DNA of 64,000 nucleotides from Perkinsela sp. CCAP 1560/9 (Eukaryota; Protista; Euglenozoa: Kinetoplastea), in NCBI GenBank assembly GCA_965644495.1, contig CBFFSA010000007.1, positions 830,001-894,000 on the forward strand, read 5' to 3'. A program made the position numbers and the translations under genes. Positions within the stretch are counted from its first letter, which is position 1; the number at the start of each line of letters is the position of its first letter. The notes under the pieces are model-generated. The model did not search any database. It was not told where the DNA came from and worked only from the letters and a program-made list of their open reading frames with translations. Shown here piece by piece: positions 1 through 8,542 of this stretch.

Positions 1-1010
1 TGATACCCACACACCCTCCCCTCCACCTCCCCCCTCTTCCCTATCCCCCGTATCCTCCTCAAATCACGCCGCATGGCATCCTCATACTCCTCCCCCCCCC
101 TCCTCCTCCCCCCTCCCCCTTCCCCTCCTCCCCCTCCCCCCCTCTCCACGCCCCGCCGCTCCACCTCCCCCGCCGTCCACCGCTCCACCTCCCGCAGGCA
201 CCTCTCACACCGCAGCCCCTCCGCTGCCCGCCCGACGTGGTGGGTGACGTACCACGTGGAGACCCGGAGCTGGGACCAGGCGTACTTCACCAGGGGGACG
301 GTCCCCAGCGCGGTGGCCAGCCCCAGGGGTACCCGTGCCGCGGCCCACCGGGGGGAGGCCAGCCCGTGGGGGGAGTAGTGGGTGGCGGCGAGGCCGGTGG
401 CGGCGGCGAGGGCGAGGGCGGTGTTGAGGTGGAGGGTGTCGTAGAGGCGACGACCGCCGTGGGCGTGGCGGGAGACCCCGGAGAGGAGGGCTTGGCGGTA
501 GAGACCGAGGGGGGGAGGGGGAGGGGGGGGGTTGTGGATAGGATGCGTAGGGTTGTGGTTGTTGTTGTTGTTGTTGATCGTATTCGTAGTGTCGTTGTTG
601 ATAGCCTTCGTAGCGTTGTTGTTGTTGTTATGGTTACCAAAGTTAGTTTCGTTGTTGTTATTGTGGTTAACATCATTTTGAAACTTTGGGTTGTCGTTGT
701 TGTTGTTTGTGGTGGTGGGGGTATTCTTGTTGATACTATCGTTGTACTTGCCCTGGTTAAGGGTATTCTTGTTGATTTTTCTAATCTCGGCTTCATCGAT
801 AAAGATATGGCTCCCATGGACCTCGACGGGGTTGCCTAGGACGGTGGAGAGATGGGGGACGTTGTGGAGGGTAAAGCGTCGGGAGGTGAGACGTTGGGCG
901 TCTTCAGTGACGGCACGGGTGAGGGCGTCGGAGAGGGGGGAGGAGAGGGAGGAGATGTGCAGCACGGCGTTGTGGAAGGCACCAGGTTGACTGCTGAAGA
1001 GAGCTTCCAT
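1..1010 (-). CDS. Hypothetical protein with Asn-rich and Pro/Gly-rich low-complexity inserts; 3' end runs off the window
   Basis: ATG at 1010 reads MEALFSSQPGAFHNAVLH... and, translated by eye, ends in frame as ...EYEDAMRRDLRRIRG... at the window edge. Absent from the ORF track, presumably because no stop is in the window. Pyrimidine-rich tract upstream on the minus strand. Confidence 0.65.
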   Translation of the reverse strand, partial: MEALFSSQPGAFHNAVLHISSLSSPLSDALTRAVTEDAQRLTSRRFTLHNVPHLSTVLGNPVEVHGSHIFIDEAEIRKINKNTLNQGKYNDSINKNTPTTTNNNNDNPKFQNDVNHNNNNETNFGNHNNNNNATKAINNDTTNTINNNNNNHNPTHPIHNPPPPPPPLGLYRQALLSGVSRHAHGGRRLYDTLHLNTALALAAATGLAATHYSPHGLASPRWAAARVPLGLATALGTVPLVKYAWSQLRVSTWYVTHHVGRAAEGLRCERCLREVERWTAGEVERRGVERGGGGGGEGGGGRRRGGEEYEDAMRRDLRRIRGIGKRGEVEGRVCGY

Positions 1011-1294
1011 GGAAGGGGGGAAGAGAGGGAGAGCGTAAAGAAAAATGGAAAGAAGAACGCCAGAAAAAATATAATGGGAATGAAAGAGGAGTGCACAGGT
1101 ACAGCGTGGTTAAAGCTGCGTGTTGTTGTGCAGAAAGGAACTAGCAAAGCGCGGGGTAATATAGAGAACGTAAGTATAATGGAAGAATATGCGGTGAAAT
1201 AAATTTTGTGAGTGATTTCTTGAAAACAGAGTGACTTCTTGGAAGCATGCAAATACATGGTGTGAAGGTCTCCTAATGACGCCTAACACCCTCA

Positions 1295-2974
1295 TCATTT
1301 TTGTGAAGATGCTTCTCGTTCCTTGAGTTGAGCTACCACATTTCGATGATCAAATTTGAATGCCTGAAATCCAGCAAGAATACTACTAATCGCCTTTCTC
1401 GGAATGTCCGTGTGTAATGCACAGATCACTTGACTTGCGATCGCATACAGCAGAGTCTCATTTTTTTCCTTTACTTTGGCAAAGGCCGCCAGCAGCTCCG
1501 CCAGGCACTCCGGATCTAACAAAATCTTTTGCTTCGTAATTTGTCCCACCTTTGTCGCTGTCATTGTGAAGAACTCGCCATCGTACAAATCAAACGCGGC
1601 AAGTGTTTTTAAGCACTTCCCTAGTTGAGAAATCTCAAAACGGTCTACCTGTTGACATGCACTCTCGGCTAGAACATTCAACAACCCCTCATTTAAAAAC
1701 GAGTGCGCCTCGCATACTTCAAAGAGCTGTGTGATCACCTCTGGACGTAACTGGTCGCGACATGCCATCACACGCTCCATAATCAGAGTCATCAGCGCTT
1801 CAAACAATGTGGCATCGGTGATATGCGGGGAGAGAGCAGCAATCATACCCGCTACATCCGCCACAACAGACGCGGAGATTAACTCCTGGGCTCTTTGACA
1901 CACTTTCCGTACGGCCTCGAGATGAATTTCCAGAGGTTTTGTTGTTGTGTCGGTCGGATACTTTTTTGCAAAAATCTCCCCAAAACGTGTAACCCCGGAG
2001 GGATTGAGGGAACTCACCCCTCCCTGCACACGTTCAGTGATCGTATCAAACAACTTTGAAAAAAAGTCCTCTTTGGTAAACTCATTTCCCGGTTTAGAGG
2101 TAAGAAAAATCCCAATACGACACAAATCATCCACCGAGAGCACAGGGAGAAGCTTCTCGGTTCGGCTTTTGATCGCACTGTGCATCTCGGGGTGGTGAAT
2201 ACCAAAACTTTGATACGTACGCGCACAGGTGACGACATCCGTCGCGCCCATTTGCGCAATTGTGTGGATCGCTGGCCACAGCACAGCGGCCAGAATCCCG
2301 ACCACCGTCACCGTTTGCAGCTTAGTACACAATTTTAACACAGCTGCAATATCACGAGCCGTCCATTTTGTAGTCTCCGATCGCCACAGCGTATTTTCCA
2401 AAAATCCATACAGCGGGATAAGATCACTGGATTTTGAATCCTGTGCAGCACGAGAGGCAGCCGCGACTTCATCCGAGCAGGGAACATTCAGGTGGGAGAG
2501 TGCCGTGAGCAGCAGCACAATCTCACTCGGGGCAAGCACAGGGTAAGTCCCCCAGCCTCGGGCTTTTGGCAGCATGTCTCGACAAAAGTTATGAAGCGCC
2601 CTGTGGGCACTGTTTTTGTCCAGCTCCGAGGGGTTGGACTTGGACATGTTTTTAAGCGCGTGGAGGATGGGTTTCATGTGGAAAGTGGGGGGGTGGGTGC
2701 CGATGGCGACCAGACTAGGGCTTTTCTCAGTGGGGGTTGAGACGCTGTCGGATACGGCAGAATTTTTATTGTACTTGTCTTCTGGATTTCTTTTCGACGA
2801 GATACAGACAGAGGGCTGACCTTGCGAAGCGGCGAACCGCTTAGGAGTGTGTAGGAGACGGAACATGCGAAGATAAGTCGATGAGGGCTCTAAACTATAG
2901 TATGAACCCTTGTGGAGAGACCTACTGCTAAGAATACGAAACCATGAGCCCAAGATGATTGAATTCGGACTCAT
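1295..2974 (-). CDS. Helical-repeat (RAP/FASTK/RESC6-like) probable mitochondrial RNA-binding protein
   Basis: 559-aa ORF with ~37-aa helical repeats (e.g. QLGKCLKTLAAFDLYDGEFF, CLAELLAAFAKVKEKNETLL) and an Arg/Ser-rich N-terminus. Confidence 0.6.
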   Translation of the reverse strand: MSPNSIILGSWFRILSSRSLHKGSYYSLEPSSTYLRMFRLLHTPKRFAASQGQPSVCISSKRNPEDKYNKNSAVSDSVSTPTEKSPSLVAIGTHPPTFHMKPILHALKNMSKSNPSELDKNSAHRALHNFCRDMLPKARGWGTYPVLAPSEIVLLLTALSHLNVPCSDEVAAASRAAQDSKSSDLIPLYGFLENTLWRSETTKWTARDIAAVLKLCTKLQTVTVVGILAAVLWPAIHTIAQMGATDVVTCARTYQSFGIHHPEMHSAIKSRTEKLLPVLSVDDLCRIGIFLTSKPGNEFTKEDFFSKLFDTITERVQGGVSSLNPSGVTRFGEIFAKKYPTDTTTKPLEIHLEAVRKVCQRAQELISASVVADVAGMIAALSPHITDATLFEALMTLIMERVMACRDQLRPEVITQLFEVCEAHSFLNEGLLNVLAESACQQVDRFEISQLGKCLKTLAAFDLYDGEFFTMTATKVGQITKQKILLDPECLAELLAAFAKVKEKNETLLYAIASQVICALHTDIPRKAISSILAGFQAFKFDHRNVVAQLKEREASSQK

Positions 2975-3313
2975 TGTTGTGTGTATTAGGTAGTGGGTAG
3001 AAAAACTTTAAAAGTGTAGCTATCATCTGAATGTCAAAAACTAGCTTGAAAATATTTGCATCAGAACGTGATGTTACTAAAACTGTGAATCTGGTGTAAG
3101 ATTAAAGCTGAAAATCTGTTTAGTCGCAAAACAAGTACATCGAAACAAAGAAAAATTATGAGTCTGAGTCGGTATGAATATTTCAAGAGGCTAGGAGAGA
3201 AACAAATTCTTTTTTTATATTCCCTTCTTATCAATGAAAAGCCCATCCTGCAATTTAAAACTAGCAATCTTAAGTCCAGCGCCTTTCATTCACAGATGCG
3301 CTTGTATTTTCTA

Positions 3314-3907
3314 TCAGGCCGTCTCAGTTTTTGTCTCAGTGGTCTGTTCAGCTTCCTTTTCTTCTGTATCTGTCTTCTCTTCCGCCTTTTCGTTATCTTC
3401 ATCCTCATCGTCCAGGTCCTCATTTTCATCTTCCTCACCCATGTCTGGATAATCTTCTTCATCCCCCATTCCTCCCATACCCCCCATACCTCCCATTCCT
3501 CCCATACCCCCGAATTGTGACATGTCAAAATTTCCCATTCCCGGGAACCCCTCAGGGGCCTCATCGGCGTCCTTCCACAAGGACCAGTCCACCCCGACGT
3601 AGTGTTTGTTCGTCTTGGAGGGCTCAACGGTAAGTCGCTCCCACTCTTTGTTCTCGTCGGAGGCACTCTCCGCTTTGAACGCGCAGCAAGCTACCTTGTT
3701 GCCGTGTACTTTGAACGTGCTCTGGCTGGGGTCAATGCCTTTCAAAAGATTCAGAGCGGTGCGGTATGGTGTGCCATGCGAGGTGCACTCGAAAATGATT
3801 TTGCTTTCCTGGAAATCAACTTTGACGTCCTCCGCGTCGGCAATGAGAAAGGTAAGGAAGACACGGTCGTCGCGTTGTGCCCACTGCACTGGTGCAATTT
3901 TGGACAT
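3314..3907 (-). CDS. p23: Hsp90 co-chaperone p23 (CS domain)
   Basis: PVQWAQRDDRVFLT, WERLT, VDWSLWKDAD, (GGM)n repeat and acidic tail. Likely start MSKIAP at 3907. Confidence 0.93.
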   Translation of the reverse strand: MSKIAPVQWAQRDDRVFLTFLIADAEDVKVDFQESKIIFECTSHGTPYRTALNLLKGIDPSQSTFKVHGNKVACCAFKAESASDENKEWERLTVEPSKTNKHYVGVDWSLWKDADEAPEGFPGMGNFDMSQFGGMGGMGGMGGMGGMGDEEDYPDMGEEDENEDLDDEDEDNEKAEEKTDTEEKEAEQTTETKTETA

Positions 3908-3942
3908 AGAGGTGGTAAATAGAAAGTATAAAAGAGAACAAT

Positions 3943-3961
3943 CTAGTGAAAAAAATAGGGG
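3943..3961 (-). promoter_or_regulatory. Polypyrimidine tract plus AG: candidate trans-splice acceptor for p23
   Basis: Minus strand reads CCCTATTTTTTTCACTAG ~35 nt upstream of the ATG, the typical kinetoplastid spliced-leader addition signal. Confidence 0.45.
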
Positions 3962-4223
3962 ACGAGATGTTATTAGAATTTGAAATAGTCTTCGATTCAC
4001 CTCCACACACGTTGTTCACACAGCAAGCACCTTACAAAATTCAGTCTTACTCACTCGAAATCCAGAAATTGAGAGAGAAAAAACTCAAAAAGACGGAGTA
4101 AAATCCCAGATTCACCACAAGGGTCTATCTCCTACAACATACAATGTACGCTCGCAAACGATTATGCAATGCTTTCAACACGCTTGTTGTAAACACACTT
4201 TTAGAGCACTGATCGGATGAAAT

Positions 4224-4451
4224 CTACTTCTTCCTTTTATTCCGCTCGCTCGATCCTTTATTAATGTGCTCCAGTGCAGACCTATTGAACACTGAAATGA
4301 AAGGTGAAATAAGTTTCAATAGAATATAGCCGAACGCGGCCCAACGCATCATATCTGTCCCTTCCTGTACGCACACGAGAACTAAAAAGGGTTTCCCTAA
4401 CCGTCTCACAGAAGGAGATTCAAAAAGTCGTCGCAGAGCAGTATCATTCAT
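4224..4451 (-). CDS. Possible small membrane protein
   Basis: 75-aa ATG ORF on the coding strand filling an intergenic gap, with one hydrophobic segment; no recognised motif. Confidence 0.3.
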   Translation of the reverse strand: MNDTALRRLFESPSVRRLGKPFLVLVCVQEGTDMMRWAAFGYILLKLISPFISVFNRSALEHINKGSSERNKRKK

Positions 4452-4610
4452 TTTATTCTAGGAAAACAAATTAAGAAATATCTTAACTGTTGCATCTGTC
4501 TAATCTGCTTTCCCTAAAGTTTATATTCTTCCCAGAATTTAAATTTTGAATAGGACCTTGGATATTCGAGCAATGTGTGATTTTCTGCGATTCTCCTTTC
4601 TATTTTCATT

Positions 4611-5807
4611 CTATTCCCCAGGAACTACATAAACTTGAGCACTCCGCACCGACACTACCTCTCGATCCGGAAGTAGTAAAGCAGAAAGTCTTCCACCATA
4701 CACACAGCCAGTATCTAAACCAAGCGCGCTGCAATGCTTTTGAAGTTTGCGTGCCGCATCGTGACCGAATACAACCAGAGAGGTGCTTTGATAACCAGAA
4801 GCCCATGAGTGTATTCCTGCTTTTTCTGAAAGAGCATTCGTTATGTCACGCTTCGTATTCACAGAACCGCTGTCTTTAATCAATTCTGTGGAATTTTCAT
4901 TTTGGCATTTCATGTCTGATGAATTACGATCGATCTTCTTAACAAGTTGTTCTCCCGGTGGCTTGATTTCTTGTAATACCTTCGAATCTTCTTGTTGTAA
5001 CGAATAGTTCATACCCAATGCATCTGTATTGTTTCCAGCATGATTGCCCGTGTTAAGTTCTGCTGTAGAACTCAACACCACGGAACGGGCATGCATTGCA
5101 TCATACGCATTTGTATGCTCCATTGGAGAATCAAGGGCCGCGTGAGTCACTACTACGTCATACTCGGGTAAATACAACACATGCGGCAAGTTTTGAAGAT
5201 AAACCAGCAAATCAGGAGGTAGTATTCGTGCCAGGGTTTGATGAGCTGGTCGAGAAGGGTGCTCACTGGCCTCTATGAAAGGACGTGCTCGTGAGGCCCA
5301 TCGGAGTACTTGCCAGTCATGGTTGCCTACTACCCCGTACGCAGAATGATCTTTCATAAACTTCACAACTTTCTCCGATTCAGGGCCTTTGACAACTAAA
5401 TCACCGACATGCACAAGCAAATCCCGGCTCGGATCATAGCCCGTTCTTTGAAGTAGGGATTCGAGTTCAGCAAAACAACCGTGTATATCACCAATAAGTA
5501 TAATTCGAGGTAAGGATGACGAAATATGTGATGTCGTATTGTTGCACACGGAAACATCAGAAGAATCACGATTGGCCGGCGTGGCCCCCAAATCCAAATC
5601 CTTCATTTTTAAGTCCACGTTCATATCTACACATATTTCTCCTTGTCTAACATAGGAAGTAGAAGGTAGGCGATCTGGAACGGAATGGGCTGACCAATCA
5701 TAGAGCCGGACAGTGGGATGTACGCGCAGTACTTTTACACGAAGTGCTCCAACCTGACTTCTTAGAAAATTGATTTCCTCTAGGGATTTACATCTTCGGG
5801 GCTTCAT
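4611..5807 (-). CDS. ApaH-like (ALPH) calcineurin-like metallophosphoesterase
   Basis: GDIHG, GDLVVKG, GNHD, VTHA, FGHDA and LDTGCVYGG motifs. Probable start MKPRR at 5807. Confidence 0.88.
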   Translation of the reverse strand: MKPRRCKSLEEINFLRSQVGALRVKVLRVHPTVRLYDWSAHSVPDRLPSTSYVRQGEICVDMNVDLKMKDLDLGATPANRDSSDVSVCNNTTSHISSSLPRIILIGDIHGCFAELESLLQRTGYDPSRDLLVHVGDLVVKGPESEKVVKFMKDHSAYGVVGNHDWQVLRWASRARPFIEASEHPSRPAHQTLARILPPDLLVYLQNLPHVLYLPEYDVVVTHAALDSPMEHTNAYDAMHARSVVLSSTAELNTGNHAGNNTDALGMNYSLQQEDSKVLQEIKPPGEQLVKKIDRNSSDMKCQNENSTELIKDSGSVNTKRDITNALSEKAGIHSWASGYQSTSLVVFGHDAARKLQKHCSALGLDTGCVYGGRLSALLLPDREVVSVRSAQVYVVPGE

Positions 5808-5937
5808 GTGTCTAACAGAAAGTATTCCCTGCGGTGAAAAGCATAGAAACAAGAATTTGTGTACCAAGAACAGGCAAGAATTGAAGTTGAGTACTAGGAC
5901 CGTATTGCACATAGATCTCAATCACAGAGGCTTCTGA

Positions 5938-6032
5938 TACTGTGCCCCCCAACTTATAGTGCCGCGGGGTACCCCCCACTTATGGTGCCGTTTGGTCGAA
6001 AACCGCGGCACTATAAGTGGGGGGGCACAGTA
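5938..6032. mobile_element. MITE, 91 bp, 28-bp terminal inverted repeats, TA target-site duplication (Tc1/mariner-pogo type)
   Basis: TA-CTGTGCCCCCCAACTTATAGTGCCGCGG (5940-5967) and CCGCGGCACTATAAGTGGGGGGGCACAG-TA (6003-6030) match 27/28. A third internal copy CCCCCCACTTATGGTGCCG lies at 5972-5990. Confidence 0.8.
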
Positions 6033-6116
6033 ATAGGAATATTAAGTCTTGACAAAATGCTGCCAGTTCGTCTAGAATGTAAAATGAAATATAGTACACC
6101 GTCAAAGCTACACCAA

Positions 6117-7313
6117 TTACAGAGTCACATCCAGTAGTAAGCTTTTCATTTCCACTTCCTTATCAAAGTACATGCGTAGTTCATCCCGAGTAACCCAGGC
6201 CCAGCGCGCAGGCCGGGGTTGTATAAAATCAATGACAGGATTCCCGTCAAGCAGAGAGGCATGAAAAATGTAAATATGCTCCGTTGTTTTTTCGGCGTTC
6301 GTCGGGTCCTTTTTACGAAGTACTCCAACAGGAGCATTGCTGTACACGTACGTTTCCATTAATTCGGAATGGTGAGTATGTAGAGCTCGGTCAAGACTCA
6401 TCCGAAGACTTTCGCCATCAACCCGATTGACGTAAGGCACGGACCATTGAATCTGTGTTTCGGAACGTTCACTGGGTAAATATTCATCAGTTTGATTGGT
6501 TTTCACCTCCTCATGTTTAACTTCATGACCAATAATAAAATACAAGTGTCGATCCAAACATCGATCGGTGCTATGAGCATAATCGTGCATTAGTTTAGCA
6601 TCCGAAGACTCGGGAGCGTCATAGGAAGCTATTTTTTCTGGTTCATTATTTTCCTTGTTTTCTTGACCGGTTTTCGTTATCAATTTCTCCGACGCATTTC
6701 TCCCTCCATTGTAAATATCAAGCAAGGAACAGAAATCCATTTCTGTTCTCCGCGAGGGCGGCTCCCATGTGTTAATCATCAAACGGTGTACCTCTTGATA
6801 CGTATCCATGTTGTAAAAATTATCCTTTAATGCCCGAAGCTTCGCTGCAGCACTTTCTTTCGAATCTGCGTTAGGATTCGGTTGAGCTTCAGAAGCTTTC
6901 GGTCCCTTTCGATACGCAGGCAAACCACTGGAGGCGATATCTCTCTGCCATGCATCCAACGACAACCCGCGATTCTTCCAAAAGTTCTGCGAAGCCTCGG
7001 CGGGGTTGTCCTTATTCGCAAAAGAGGAGGGAGGAGCACCCGACATAATACGTGAGTGGTGCCGGCTGTACAAGTTGTACTCATTCTCTAGTAAAGTGGA
7101 GTAGTTTTGTTCGAGAGGGTGCAGGTCGGGAAGAATGCGTGGAGGTCGACATAAGAGGTAGCCTACGGAGATGTTCTGGCTGCCGGAGTAGAACACCTGG
7201 CGTTGTCGTCTTCCAGGAATCTCATCGGCGAGAGTAAGACGGATAGGTGTCGGCTTAATCATCCCGTTGGGGCGAAAAGATGCGAATCCAAGAGTGATGA
7301 CATTTTTTCTCAT
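6117..7313 (-). CDS. MRPL46: Mitochondrial ribosomal protein mL46 (Nudix-like fold), with long insertions
   Basis: SVGYLLCRPP, HPLEQNY, SRRTEMD, STDRCLDRHLYFII, GESLR, AWVTRDEL. Probable start MRKNV at 7313. Confidence 0.75.
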   Translation of the reverse strand: MRKNVITLGFASFRPNGMIKPTPIRLTLADEIPGRRQRQVFYSGSQNISVGYLLCRPPRILPDLHPLEQNYSTLLENEYNLYSRHHSRIMSGAPPSSFANKDNPAEASQNFWKNRGLSLDAWQRDIASSGLPAYRKGPKASEAQPNPNADSKESAAAKLRALKDNFYNMDTYQEVHRLMINTWEPPSRRTEMDFCSLLDIYNGGRNASEKLITKTGQENKENNEPEKIASYDAPESSDAKLMHDYAHSTDRCLDRHLYFIIGHEVKHEEVKTNQTDEYLPSERSETQIQWSVPYVNRVDGESLRMSLDRALHTHHSELMETYVYSNAPVGVLRKKDPTNAEKTTEHIYIFHASLLDGNPVIDFIQPRPARWAWVTRDELRMYFDKEVEMKSLLLDVTL

Positions 7314-7505
7314 GTTTCCAAGTAAAATCAGTTCAAGTAGAACAATGTTTGTGATACAAATAAAAATTCGATACAAATAAAAATATGCTAATTTCACTAT
7401 AAAAATGCTGCAATGATTATGGAAATTATTGCCACAAATAAGAGGGTTCAAAGTGAAGGAAAAGTCAACTTGGCAAAAAACGTGGCTTAAAAACTTGTTT
7501 TTCAA

Positions 7506-7990
7506 TTTTTTTTTGCAATTAATAAGGGGGGAGAAGTATGAAACGCGGCATTGCCTCTATATTACCCAATACATGAACCATGAGGGTCCATAGGGGGGGT
7601 TGTCATGTTCCAACAGATTTTTTTTTTAATTGGGGGGAATAGTATTGAGTCTAACTTTTTATGTATTGAGTCCAACTTTTCCACAATTTCCACACTTTTT
7701 TTTGCAAATAATTGGGGGGAAGAGTACGAATTCTAACTTTTCATTTATACTGCTACGACTTTCCTACTTCATTTCTTAACATTCCCGTATCTTACCCACT
7801 TTTTCCCCTTAACGCGTTTCCACCTACCCGCTTTCCCGTTAACGACTTTCCACTTATTGACTTTCCCTTGCCCACTTTCCCTTTACCCACTTTCTCCTTT
7901 ACCCACTTTCCCTTTACCTTTTTTTTTGCAAATAATTGGGGGGAGTTGTATTGAGTCTAACTTTTTTAAATCGAATTCCAACTTTTCCAC
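7506..7990 (-). repeat. Four related poly(A)-terminated units (minus strand ...CCCCCCAATTATTTGC-A8-10)
   Basis: T runs at 7506-7514, 7618-7627, 7696-7703 and 7919-7927 are each followed by a variant of GCAAATAATTGGGGGGA, three of them also by ...TCTAACTTTT. A ~15-bp CCCACTTTCCCTTTA repeat spans 7871-7916. Confidence 0.7.
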
Positions 7991-8111
7991 TTACTAACCC
8001 TTCAGCCTTACTAACCCTTCACCTATACTTATTTTCCCTTCACCCATACATATTTTTTTTCACTTTATTACTTACTTGCCTACTTACTTTACTTCGCCCT
8101 TATCAACTTCG

Positions 8112-8272
8112 CCCGCTTCTCTCCCTCAACCCCCCCCCCGAGCAACCATTCGCGACTTCCCGACTCCACCCGCTTCTTTCCCTCATTCCACCCCCCCCCG
8201 AGCATCCATCCGCGCCTTCCAAAACTTTGCCCGCTTTTTTCCCTCACTGCCCCCTAAAAATCAATCCGCGCG
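8112..8272. repeat. Three tandem ~59-bp units
   Basis: CCCGCTT..TCCCTCA..CCCCC..CATCCGCG-like units start near 8112, 8169 and 8230. Confidence 0.7.
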
Positions 8273-8542
8273 TGCTTCACCCCTTCTTCTAATAGTGCGC
8301 GCCTCGGACCGGGTCTCTCGACCTCTCCACGGCCTGGCTAGGGAACCCTTCCCTTGTTATACGGGAGGGCGCAGGCGCGGGCATGTGTCGACAGCGGCAC
8401 GGTCACGAAGTTGGGTTTTGATCGCCAGATTCGGATGAATGTTCCGAATCCATACCTATCTCACATTGGGGTACCGTGCTCGTGAAAGCGAGGCGTGAGG
8501 ATAGGCACTGTCGGCTCGATCGGCCTCGGGCCGCTCTGGAGG

